From: Methanothrix sp.
Lineage (GTDB): Archaea; Micrarchaeota; Micrarchaeia; Micrarchaeales; Micrarchaeaceae
NCBI GenBank assembly: GCA_038729265.1
Contig: JAVYSI010000001.1
Location: forward strand, 1 to 36,220
DNA length: 36,220 nt
Direction: 5' to 3'
Of the stretch, positions 9,294 to 18,147 are shown in pieces. The notes beneath the pieces are model-generated. The model was not told where the DNA came from. It saw only the letters and a program-made list of their open reading frames with translations, and searched no databases. Within the stretch, counting starts at the first letter, position 1. Each line of letters begins with the position of its first letter. The position numbers and the translations under genes are program-made.

Positions 9294-10714
9294 TGGTGTT
9301 CCCGATACTGTTTGTAATGCTTGCCGTCCTCGGCATAGGTGGTCTAGCTTCAGTGCTGTCTGGCAGTTATTCAGGTTCGAAGCGCATTGCGATCATTTTC
9401 AGCGGAATAGCTTTGTTGATAGCAGCATACATGGTCTTCGAAGCGCTTTCCGTCTCAGGATTTTTAGGGAGCACCGAATCGATCCCATACATAGGCCAGT
9501 TTGGTATATATCTATCATTTACTGCCACTCAATTCGGGGTGGTGCTAGTCCTGCTCGCTTCAATAGTCTCGTTTGCGGCTTCGTTTGCAGTATCAACGAA
9601 ATTTGAGGATACCAAAAATTTGTATCCGCTCATTTTGCTTTTCGAGTTCTCGGCAATAGGCCTGTTCGTCGCGGCTAACCTATTCCTTTTCTACATATTC
9701 TGGGACGTAGGGGTTGTGGCATCATACTTCCTCATAAGCTCCTTTGGCAAGGGCGAGAACAGGCATGCTGCGAACACCTTTCTTATATATTCGATATTTG
9801 CTAGCGCCGTGCTGCTTTTCGGCATAATGCTGATTTATTTCTATACTCCAGTGCATTCGTTCGACATAAGCTATATAACGTCCCACAGCCTCGAGATACC
9901 CGTAGATATACAGGGCACAATATTCACGCTCTTCTTCATCGCATTCATGGTCAAGATGCCAATATTTCCATTCCACTCATGGATTGCAAACGCATATTCA
10001 GAGGCACCTACGCAGGGTTCAATGCTGATATCCGGAGTACTGTCAAAATTCGGCGCATACGGGATGCTATTGCTTTTCACCGTGTTCGCCTTCTCATCAG
10101 AGTTCGCAAAATACGCATTCGTGATAGGCACTATATCTGCGTTCTATGCCGCTTTCGTTGTCATGAGGCAAAAGGACCTAAAGAGGATAGCTGCTTATTC
10201 CAGCATGCTCGAATCCGGTATAATACTCGTAGGTATATCTGCGCTCAATGTTTTCGGAATCGCGGGTGCATTATACTTGATGCTTGCACATGGACTTGTG
10301 ATGGCGTTGATGTTCGCCGTAATAGGTGGCATAGAAATTTCATATGGCAGCAGAAACATAACAATCCTTAAGGGCATAGTAAAGGATTCGGTAGGGTCGG
10401 CGTATTCTTTTCTCGTGGGCACCTTTGCATCTACCGGAGTGCCTTTAACCGCTGGATTTATTGCAGACGTCCTTATATTCATAGCCGCAATAAAAACCTA
10501 CGGCTTATATGGTGCAATACCAATATTCAGCATAATGCTGCTCGGTTTTTACATGTATTACGCAATAAACAAATCGTTCCTTTCTACGAAGGAATCATCA
10601 CAGAGCATAGCCAAGCTACCCAAGCAGATGGTGTTTACATATGCAATAGCAATGACCTCAATATTCATTTTCGGGATATTCCCATATCTCGTGACTTCGC
10701 TTTTCGGCATATGA
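9293..10714 (+). CDS. nuoM: Complex I-like antiporter-like subunit M
   Basis: AFMVKMPIFPFHSW, SKFGAYG, DLKRIAAYSS and AHGL motifs. Confidence 0.93.
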   Translation: MVFPILFVMLAVLGIGGLASVLSGSYSGSKRIAIIFSGIALLIAAYMVFEALSVSGFLGSTESIPYIGQFGIYLSFTATQFGVVLVLLASIVSFAASFAVSTKFEDTKNLYPLILLFEFSAIGLFVAANLFLFYIFWDVGVVASYFLISSFGKGENRHAANTFLIYSIFASAVLLFGIMLIYFYTPVHSFDISYITSHSLEIPVDIQGTIFTLFFIAFMVKMPIFPFHSWIANAYSEAPTQGSMLISGVLSKFGAYGMLLLFTVFAFSSEFAKYAFVIGTISAFYAAFVVMRQKDLKRIAAYSSMLESGIILVGISALNVFGIAGALYLMLAHGLVMALMFAVIGGIEISYGSRNITILKGIVKDSVGSAYSFLVGTFASTGVPLTAGFIADVLIFIAAIKTYGLYGAIPIFSIMLLGFYMYYAINKSFLSTKESSQSIAKLPKQMVFTYAIAMTSIFIFGIFPYLVTSLFGI

Positions 10715-12118
10715 GTGGTATCGATGTTTGAAATCATGAACTTTGCTGTTCCGGTTCTTCTAGTAGCGCTCATAGCCTCTGGCCTTGCTACGGCAATGCA
10801 CAAAAACAAAAGGTTGTCATTCATATCTAACACCGTTATACTGCTGCTAATTCTAGTATTCGGAATATACTATTCTGCTTTTTCAATCTCGTTCAACTCT
10901 GTCTCGCTCTACCATATTTATCCGTTTTCATCCTTCCTATTGGTGCTTTTCTCCCTTGCCCTTCTAGTCGTAAACACTGCAGCCCTGCATCTAGATCAGA
11001 AATATACAAAGTTTGGCATAATGTTGCCGATACTTTCTGTAGGCATACTTTCTGTGGGCATGGCAGCCTCGCTGTTGACAATAATAGTTTCCATAGAACT
11101 TATGACGGTGCCTACGATACTGTTGATAGCATTCAACGGTAAACAGTTTGCCGAGCCAGCTACCAAACTCTTCCTTATGGCTGCAATATCAATAGCTGTA
11201 TTAGCATTCGCCATAACGCTAATATTTCCATATGATTCTGGCCTATCGCTCTCCCAGGCCACGTCAAGCAGCATAGGTTCGCAATACTTCCTGATATTGG
11301 CACTGGTCCTTCTGGTTGCGTCTCTAAGTACAGAAGCTGCTCTATTCCCGTTTGACCTCTGGATACCTGATGTCTATCAGGGGTCTCCAAACAGCGTGAG
11401 CCCGTTGCTGGCCGGGATAAACAAGAAAGTGGCGTTCGTAGCTCTAATAGAAATAACGTTCGTGGTGTTTTCTGGGCAAAAGGCTGAAATATCCCTTATA
11501 TTCGAAGTACTTGCCATACTTACGATGTTCTTTGGCAACCTTGGCGCAATGGTCCAAACAAACGTAAAGCGCATGCTGGCTTATTCCTCCATATCGCAAG
11601 CGGGATACATAATGGTAGGACTAGCCGCATTTTCAACATTCGGCCTGGAAGCGTCGCTTTTTCAGATATTCGCTCATTCATTCATGATAATAGGTGCGTT
11701 TGTTCTGGCCGGATTCCTAGCCACAGAAGGGCTCAACAGCATAAACGACTACTCAGGCTTATATGGGAGAAGTGGCTTCCTTGCATTTTCGCTTACTATA
11801 ATGATGCTGTCCATGGCAGGCATACCTGGGCTAATAGGCTTTGTAGGTAAATTCTTGCTGTTCTCAAGCGCCATAAGCTCTGGATTGATTGCCCTTGCAT
11901 TCATAGGGATAATAAACAGTTTCCTGTCGATATACTATTACGGAAGGCTGATAAGCAACATCTATTCTGCTAGATCGCACAAGACCATGCACGTACCGAA
12001 GGCAATATACCTGCCAATACTGGTCACGGTAATAATAATAATCGCGTTAGGCATATATCCTATGCCTTTGATATATTTGGCGCATTCGGCCGCGTCTTCG
12101 CTGTTTTCAATTATTTGA
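10715..12118 (+). CDS. nuoN: Complex I-like antiporter-like subunit N
   Basis: WIPDVYQGSP, QTNVKRMLAYSSISQAGY and SMAGIPGLIGFVGKF. Start is GTG 10715 or ATG 10724. Confidence 0.93.
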   Translation: MVSMFEIMNFAVPVLLVALIASGLATAMHKNKRLSFISNTVILLLILVFGIYYSAFSISFNSVSLYHIYPFSSFLLVLFSLALLVVNTAALHLDQKYTKFGIMLPILSVGILSVGMAASLLTIIVSIELMTVPTILLIAFNGKQFAEPATKLFLMAAISIAVLAFAITLIFPYDSGLSLSQATSSSIGSQYFLILALVLLVASLSTEAALFPFDLWIPDVYQGSPNSVSPLLAGINKKVAFVALIEITFVVFSGQKAEISLIFEVLAILTMFFGNLGAMVQTNVKRMLAYSSISQAGYIMVGLAAFSTFGLEASLFQIFAHSFMIIGAFVLAGFLATEGLNSINDYSGLYGRSGFLAFSLTIMMLSMAGIPGLIGFVGKFLLFSSAISSGLIALAFIGIINSFLSIYYYGRLISNIYSARSHKTMHVPKAIYLPILVTVIIIIALGIYPMPLIYLAHSAASSLFSII

Positions 12119-13217
12119 CAAGCCTACGCAGGAACAGGCGCTTAAGCATCAGGGTAGGGCTGTCCATATCGCCATACTTCGCAAAAAAACTCTCAGCTCC
12201 CAAGGCCTTGGCAACTCCTATGAACCTTTCCATATGTGCTTCGCCTACCTTGGAATAATAACTATGCAGTGCCGCATGCATCTTCAAGTCGGCGCCATAA
12301 GACCTTCTCCAGTCTCTGTCATAAAGCGAAAGCTTTCTTCCTTCCTTCAAGTGCAAGTATACACTTTTCGCTGCTACCTTGGCACACGCTATACCAAATA
12401 TTATACCGCCTCCTGTAGTTGCTTTCGTCTGGCCTGCAGCATCCCCCACCAATATAACATTGCCTTCTGCGGTCTTTGGCCTGTTCGAAACCGGTATTAT
12501 GCTAGCATGGCCATCCATCAATTCAGCATCGCGTATGGTTCTTTTCACTTCCTCGGTTTTTATGAACGAATCGAATGCCATTATGCTGTGTTTTTTCACA
12601 TTGTCAGTTATGCCTATGCCAAGCTCCGCTACGGAATCGGAATATGGGGCAACCCAACCGAAGAACCCCGGGGCGTAGCTCTTCGAGAAATATAAATCCA
12701 CTATGCCCTTATCGCTTATTTCAACATTCCTGTATTCCGCCTTGTACGTAAGAACGAAATTTTCTATTTTTGGAAATGAAAATGCCCTGGCTACGCTCGA
12801 TACTGCTCCATCAGCACCTACTATTATAGTATTACCGTCGTCAAAATCGCGTATTTGCTCCAAGCCCAGCCTTCTGCCGAGCTTTATATCTGCTCCGGCA
12901 TCCTTTGCTACCTTATAATTAAGCTCGGCGAGCTTCCCCCTGTCAAGCACATAAGCTTGCACTGTCTTGGTATTCACGTTGAGCGTCTGCCTGCCGAAAT
13001 GGAGCCTCGCACCATTTAGCGTGTTAACTATGCTGTCCTTATAATCAATGCCACTGAGCTCGAGACCCTTCTTAGAAAGTATTCCTGAAGCCTTTTTGGA
13101 TCCTTCGGCAACGTCCTTTTTCCCATCATAAACAGTCACATCAAGTCCGTAGCTTGCGAGCTCCTTAGCCATCGCAAGGCCGATTATGCCGGCTCCTACT
13201 ATAACTACATTTTTCAA
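12111..13217 (-). CDS. Geranylgeranyl reductase family FAD-dependent oxidoreductase
   Basis: GAGIIG, GADG, APGFFGWVAP and LVGDAAGQTKATTGGGI motifs. Confidence 0.88.
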   Translation of the reverse strand: MKNVVIVGAGIIGLAMAKELASYGLDVTVYDGKKDVAEGSKKASGILSKKGLELSGIDYKDSIVNTLNGARLHFGRQTLNVNTKTVQAYVLDRGKLAELNYKVAKDAGADIKLGRRLGLEQIRDFDDGNTIIVGADGAVSSVARAFSFPKIENFVLTYKAEYRNVEISDKGIVDLYFSKSYAPGFFGWVAPYSDSVAELGIGITDNVKKHSIMAFDSFIKTEEVKRTIRDAELMDGHASIIPVSNRPKTAEGNVILVGDAAGQTKATTGGGIIFGIACAKVAAKSVYLHLKEGRKLSLYDRDWRRSYGADLKMHAALHSYYSKVGEAHMERFIGVAKALGAESFFAKYGDMDSPTLMLKRLFLRRLVK

Positions 13218-13280
13218 CAGAAACGCCTCTGTGGTATTTATAGCTTTCTATTTAAACTTATTATTAACTGCGGTGGTTCA

Positions 13281-13631
13281 ACGCCAAACAAGAAAAGCAC
13301 AAAAAAAAGTGATACGAAGCCTGTGGGCACCCAAACGGGAAGCCTGGAATCTCCTAAAATATCCATATACAATATAGTCGTCAGTGCTGACCTTCATGCT
13401 GTGGTGGATCTCTACGCCCTTTCGAAGGAGGTAAAGGCCGTGGATTATGAACCCGAGCAGTTTCCTGGGGCTATATTCAAAATATCGGAATCAAGGACCG
13501 TCATACTCTTCAAGAACGGCAAAATGATATGTACTGGAGCAAGGACGGAATCTGAGGTCAAAAGCATACTAGAATACGTTGCCAAGGTAATGTCGAAATA
13601 CGTTATTTCTCTGAATCCGCCAGAAAAATAA
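13281..13631 (+). CDS. tbp: Single-repeat TATA-binding-protein-family protein (half-TBP)
   Basis: NIVVSADL..VDL..YEPEQFPG..ILFKNGKMICTGA is one TBP repeat. The ORF track starts at GTG 13323. The proposed start is ACG 13281 after GGTG-N5, and is less certain than the family call. Confidence 0.85.
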   Translation, partial: TPNKKSTKKSDTKPVGTQTGSLESPKISIYNIVVSADLHAVVDLYALSKEVKAVDYEPEQFPGAIFKISESRTVILFKNGKMICTGARTESEVKSILEYVAKVMSKYVISLNPPEK

Positions 13632-13639
13632 TCCGGGCA

Positions 13640-14770
13640 TCACATTTTAGAGACTGCTTTCAACTCCTTATCAAATTCTTTGAAGAAATGCTCCCATGAA
13701 TAGTTTTTGACTACGTGTTTTCTTCCATTTTTGCCCATGCTTGCGGCAAGATCCTCATTTTTAGATATCTTTAGCATTGCATTGCACATTGAATGCTCGT
13801 CGTTGACCAGGTAGCCAGTTTTTCCATCGATTACCGTCTCTCTGGGGCCTCCCTGGTTGAGCGCTATTACAGGCTTTGAGCTCGCCATAGCTTCGAGAGG
13901 CACAAGGCCGTAGTCTTCGTTCATTGGTGGATACAACACCGCAGTAGCCTTGGAGTAAGCGTTCCTAAACTCCTCCTCACTCACGTTTGTAATTATTGAA
14001 ATGTCCTTCCTGCCTTTTACCATATCTGCTATGTGCTCATAATAGTCCTGATAAAAAGCGTCCTTTGAAACTGCCCCCATAAGTATGAGCTTGTATCCCT
14101 TTGCCTTCTTGCTGAATTCTTCGAAAGCCCTTATCGCAAATTCCTGGTTCTTGTTAGGCGATATTCTCGATGGGTAGACGAAGTAATGCCCATCCCCATT
14201 ATTTTTGTACAGCTGATAATCTATTCCGCCTCCAAGAACGCCAGCATCGTTGCGCCCTAGGTATTTTTCTATCCTTCCTTTGGTGTTCTGGCTATTTGCG
14301 ACTATGCGCTCTATGTTTTTCACTACCTTCCTGTCTATGCGCCTTACTGCCTTTATGCCTAAATAATGTATTGGTTTCTGGTAAAATTTCTTCATCGACA
14401 TCCTGAACCTGTACATGTCGTAGGCGTCACGCAGTGGAGTATGGCAATACCAGAGAACGCGCTTGTTCTTGTTCCTTATCCAATGGCTTGGCGCTATGTG
14501 CGCGTTTATCACATCATAGTCCTCATCCACGCTCATGTTATAGAAGCCGAGCCCATACTTCAAGCCCTGAAAAACCCTGCCATAAGCCGGGAATCCGGTG
14601 GCGTTTCCTCCTATAACTTCAACATCGAGCTTTTCGTATTCCGGAAATGTTCCTTTCGGATCGTATTCCGCAGTAATTATCTTAGCACGGTAATGCTGGG
14701 CTATTTTTAGCACTACCTTCTCCGCACCTCCTTTTAGCGTGAGGTTTGCTTGAGCTATGAGCACCTTCAA
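13640..14770 (-). CDS. GT4 family glycosyltransferase
   Basis: GGAEKV, YCHTP, SRISPNKNQ, EDYGLVPLEAMAS and GGPRETV. Probable TTG start at 14770. Confidence 0.92.
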   Translation of the reverse strand: MKVLIAQANLTLKGGAEKVVLKIAQHYRAKIITAEYDPKGTFPEYEKLDVEVIGGNATGFPAYGRVFQGLKYGLGFYNMSVDEDYDVINAHIAPSHWIRNKNKRVLWYCHTPLRDAYDMYRFRMSMKKFYQKPIHYLGIKAVRRIDRKVVKNIERIVANSQNTKGRIEKYLGRNDAGVLGGGIDYQLYKNNGDGHYFVYPSRISPNKNQEFAIRAFEEFSKKAKGYKLILMGAVSKDAFYQDYYEHIADMVKGRKDISIITNVSEEEFRNAYSKATAVLYPPMNEDYGLVPLEAMASSKPVIALNQGGPRETVIDGKTGYLVNDEHSMCNAMLKISKNEDLAASMGKNGRKHVVKNYSWEHFFKEFDKELKAVSKM

Positions 14771-14881
14771 TCCGATCACTATATAATAAATTTTAGTTAT
14801 CAATTAAATAACGTGCGGAGCAATAGGGATAAATTAATAAATGTAAAAAATAAAGAATAAGGAATCTCTAAGGCTGTTTTT

Positions 14882-16180
14882 ATGGATCTGGGAGAAGGTA
14901 TCAGGAAGGCAATGGCGAAGCTGTCGCGAGCTACCATAATAGATGCGAAGACAATAAAAGAGTTCAACAAGGAGCTGCAAAAAACCCTGATAAGCAGCGA
15001 CGTGGATGTCTCGCTAGTATTGAAGCTCACGAATAGCATAGAGCAGAAAGCGCTAAAGTCCAATCCGCCTCCTGGAGTAAGCCCGCATGATTACATAACT
15101 GACATAGTATACAACGAGCTTGTCTCGTTCATGGGCAAGACATATGAGCCGGAAATGAAGCCGCGCAGGATATTGCTGATGGGCCTTTACGGCTCCGGAA
15201 AGACAACTACAGCGGCCAAACTGGCAAAATATTACCAGGACAGGGGCCTGAGTGCCGGCCTGATATGCTGCGACGTGACAAGGCCATCTGCCTATGAGCA
15301 GCTCGAGACCCTTTCTTCCCAAGCAAACGTGTCTTTCTTCGGGATTAAAGGAGAGAGCAACGCTCGGAAAATAGTCAAGCATGGCCTCGAAGCGCTTAAG
15401 GGCAAGCAGGTAATAATCTGCGACACCAGTGGCAGGAACGCAATAAATGAAGAATTAATAAAGGAGCTCAAGGAGATAAACGATGAATTTAAGCCAGATG
15501 ATTCGTTGTTGGTGCTCAGCGCAGACATAGGCCAGATTGCAGGACACCTTGCAAGCGAATTCGGTTCTGCAGTCGGCATAACTGGCTTAATAATAACAAA
15601 AATGGACGGTTCAGGAAAGGGAGGCGGCGCACTCAGCGCAGCCAATGCTGCTAACGCCAAAGTCATGTTCATAGGTACCGGTGAGAAATTATCCGAAATA
15701 GAGCCGTACAACTCGGAAAGGTTCATAGGCTCGCTGCTTGGGATGCCAGACATAGCTAACCTGCTCGAAAAGGTGCAGAACGCAATAAAAGCTGAGAACA
15801 TAAGCACTGAGGATGTGGAAATGCAAAAGCTCAATTTTGAGAGCTTCTACGCGCAGCTCAAAGCCTTGAACAGGATGGGGCCGCTTAAAAGCGTTTTCGG
15901 CATGCTTGGCGCTTCGGAAATGCCCAAGGACGTGATAGAAAAGGGCGAGGAGAAGCTAGGCAAATATAAGGTGATAATATCCTCTATGACTAAGGAAGAA
16001 CGCCTTGATGAGCATATACTGCACCAAGACGGTCGAATAAGAAGAATAGCCTTGGGAAGCGGGACTTCCGAGAAAGATGTGAGGGAATTACTTTCCGACT
16101 TTGCAAAAATGAAGAAATCGTTTAACATGCTGAAAAACGACAGAAACATGAAGAGATTTATGTCGAGGTTTTCAGGCTGA
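14882..16180 (+). CDS. srp54: Signal recognition particle protein SRP54
   Basis: GLYGSGKTTT, DTSGR, TKMDG..KGGGALS and M-domain SMTKEER..RIRRIALGSG. Confidence 0.96.
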   Translation: MDLGEGIRKAMAKLSRATIIDAKTIKEFNKELQKTLISSDVDVSLVLKLTNSIEQKALKSNPPPGVSPHDYITDIVYNELVSFMGKTYEPEMKPRRILLMGLYGSGKTTTAAKLAKYYQDRGLSAGLICCDVTRPSAYEQLETLSSQANVSFFGIKGESNARKIVKHGLEALKGKQVIICDTSGRNAINEELIKELKEINDEFKPDDSLLVLSADIGQIAGHLASEFGSAVGITGLIITKMDGSGKGGGALSAANAANAKVMFIGTGEKLSEIEPYNSERFIGSLLGMPDIANLLEKVQNAIKAENISTEDVEMQKLNFESFYAQLKALNRMGPLKSVFGMLGASEMPKDVIEKGEEKLGKYKVIISSMTKEERLDEHILHQDGRIRRIALGSGTSEKDVRELLSDFAKMKKSFNMLKNDRNMKRFMSRFSG

Positions 16181-16181
16181 T

Positions 16182-16210
16182 AAAAACATAAAAAAAGAAA
16201 AAAAGAAAAA
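16182..16210 (-). terminator. Oligo-T archaeal terminator of the Lys-rich microprotein gene
   Basis: Minus strand has several long T runs starting 18 nt after the TAA at 16229. Confidence 0.6.
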
Positions 16211-16228
16211 GAGCAATTGGTAACAACC

Positions 16229-16315
16229 TTATCTCTTTTTCTTTGAAGACTTTGACTTCGACTTAGACTTCTTTGTGCTTTTCTTTGAAGTCTTCTTTTT
16301 TGCTGCCTTTGCCAT
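16229..16315 (-). CDS. 28-aa Lys/Ser-rich basic microprotein (MAKAAKKKTSKKSTKKSKSKSKSSKKKR)
   Basis: Translated by hand. GTGAG RBS, upstream TTTTATAG and downstream T tract. Varied synonymous codons. Confidence 0.75.
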   Translation of the reverse strand: MAKAAKKKTSKKSTKKSKSKSKSSKKKR

Positions 16316-16353
16316 TTTTCTCACTTTTAACTTATGCATACTACAAAAGTAAT

Positions 16354-16361
16354 CTATAAAA
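16354..16361 (-). promoter_or_regulatory. Putative TATA box for the microprotein gene
   Basis: TTTTATAG about 40 nt upstream of ATG 16315 in an AT-rich divergent spacer. Confidence 0.45.
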
Positions 16362-16453
16362 AATATACCAAATAAAATAAACTATAAAATGAATTAAATT
16401 TTATCCAAATATATATTGATTTATCAAAGTAAATTAATTTTACAAGTGTAATA

Positions 16454-17557
16454 ATGGACAAGAAGGAGATCTTAAGTCAAAGGCTCGAAGAGCTGGAAGA
16501 GGAACTTTCGAAGACAAAGGACAACAAGGCTACAAACAAACATCTAGCAAAGCTGCGTTCGAAAGTGGCCGAAGCGCGTCGCGACCTCATAGAAGCGGGA
16601 AAACGCCAGCATGGCAAGGGTTTTTTCATAAAAAAGACTGGAGATTCTACGATATCACTTCTCGGATTTCCAAGCGCTGGCAAATCATCGCTTCTTAACA
16701 TGCTTACAAATTCCAAGTCTAAAACAGCTGCGTATGCTTTCACGACGACTACTATAATACCTGGAACGATGATATACAACGGGGCGCACATACAGGTGCT
16801 TGACATGCCTGGCATAATAGAAGATGCGCACCTCGGCAAGGGAGGCGGAAAGGCAGTAATAGCCCAAATGCGCGTTTCCGATCTGGTCGTTTTCGTAATA
16901 GACGCTACAAATGCATGGCAACTCGATGCCCTAATGTCTGAGCTCAAGAATCTAAACATTCACATAAACGAGGAAAAGCCACGCGTTTCAATAATAAAGA
17001 AGAATGATGCCAATGGTATAATGCTGGAAGTAAACAAATCCGGGTTGCTGGAGGAAGACATAAAGGCTATACTAAACGCCTTCGGCATATTCAAAGCAGT
17101 AGTTAAGATCTGGAATAAAGTAAATGAAGACGATTTGATAGCAATAATCTCGGAAAAGGCATATTATATGAAGGGTATAATAGCCCTAAACAAGGTGGAC
17201 CTTCTGGGCCAAAACAAAAACATCATATTAGATATTTCGAAGCGGTATCCGATGCCTGTTTTCCCTATCAGTGCGACCACGGGTCAAGGCATAAACGAGC
17301 TGAGGGCTGGGATATATGAAAACCTCGGCATAATGAGAATATTCCTTAAGCCTAAAATTGGAGGGAATTCGGAACCTGTGATAATAAGTAAGAACGCTAC
17401 GGTTGGAGAGCTTGCAAGCAAAATACACACATCAATAGTCGATGAGCTCAAATGCGCGTTTGTAGATGGGCCTAGCGTTAAATTCAGGAACCAGCGCGTT
17501 GGCATAAAACATGTTCTTAAGGACAAGGATACAGTCACGTTCATAAAAGAAAGGTAA
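16454..17557 (+). CDS. DRG/Rbg (Obg family) GTPase with TGS domain
   Basis: GFPSAGKSS, YAFTT, DMPG and NKVD; C-terminal HVLKDKDTV of the TGS domain. Confidence 0.93.
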   Translation: MDKKEILSQRLEELEEELSKTKDNKATNKHLAKLRSKVAEARRDLIEAGKRQHGKGFFIKKTGDSTISLLGFPSAGKSSLLNMLTNSKSKTAAYAFTTTTIIPGTMIYNGAHIQVLDMPGIIEDAHLGKGGGKAVIAQMRVSDLVVFVIDATNAWQLDALMSELKNLNIHINEEKPRVSIIKKNDANGIMLEVNKSGLLEEDIKAILNAFGIFKAVVKIWNKVNEDDLIAIISEKAYYMKGIIALNKVDLLGQNKNIILDISKRYPMPVFPISATTGQGINELRAGIYENLGIMRIFLKPKIGGNSEPVIISKNATVGELASKIHTSIVDELKCAFVDGPSVKFRNQRVGIKHVLKDKDTVTFIKER

Positions 17558-17621
17558 AACATATTTCATTCCCACGGATAAAAATATATGCTTATAACTC
17601 GATATATCTGCGGAGGTAAAA

Positions 17622-18062
17622 ATGGCGATAAAATATTGGGAATTCGAGGATGCGCCCTTCAAGGAGAAGGTCAAAAGTCCCAAGGTCGCGGACATAGCAA
17701 GGATATTTTTTGAAAACGAAACTGAGGCATACAGATTCGCCATGCTCTTGAGTATGGCAAAGAAGGGCGGGCTAAGGCTCAAGGATGTGCCTGATGTGAT
17801 ACCAATTGCCACGGCAAAAAGGTATCTTGATTATGCAGTTAGGTTGGGGTTGTTGAAGCATGAAAATTCGGTATACGAGCTGACCGACAGGTATTCGAAG
17901 CCGCTCAGGAACATAGCTTCGTACATAAAAGCGTGGATGGAAACGCAATCAGAGGAGGACCTTTCGTTAGAATTCGTAAACGCAAAACGGGCCAAACAAG
18001 GAAAGAGAGGAGGTAGAAGCCCAAAAGAAAGCGCGGATTCGGGCCCGGCGGGAATTTCATAA
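17622..18062 (+). CDS. Hypothetical protein, probable wHTH
   Basis: GGAGGT RBS. IPIATAKRYLDYAVRLGLLKHENSVYELT has a wHTH pattern. Confidence 0.65.
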   Translation: MAIKYWEFEDAPFKEKVKSPKVADIARIFFENETEAYRFAMLLSMAKKGGLRLKDVPDVIPIATAKRYLDYAVRLGLLKHENSVYELTDRYSKPLRNIASYIKAWMETQSEEDLSLEFVNAKRAKQGKRGGRSPKESADSGPAGIS

Positions 18063-18147
18063 CATTAGCAAGATACTAAATCCCATTTTGAACCCGCGAC
18101 CATCAGCTTAGAAGGCTGCTGCTCTGTCCAAGCTGAGCTACGGGCCC
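18040..18147 (-). tRNA. tRNA-Arg(UCU) with a 33-nt intron at position 59/60 (18054-18086); CCA not encoded
   Basis: Acceptor GGGCCCG/CGGGCCC, D stem GCTC/GAGC, anticodon loop CT-TCT-AA, T stem GCGGG/CCCGC. Bulge-helix-bulge with central helix TTCA/TGAA and bulges AAA and ATT; splicing restores TTCAAAT. Confidence 0.93.

Noticed and set aside
5327-12118. Membrane-bound hydrogenase or Mrp antiporter interpretation
   Set aside because: Order H-I-J-K-L-M-N and the motifs fit Nuo/Fpo; no NiFe subunit or MrpEFG is present.
13186-13377. 63-aa plus-strand ORF as a frameshifted first half of TBP (A8 run at 13301-13308)
   Set aside because: No TBP similarity, and the TBP frame is already open across the A run.
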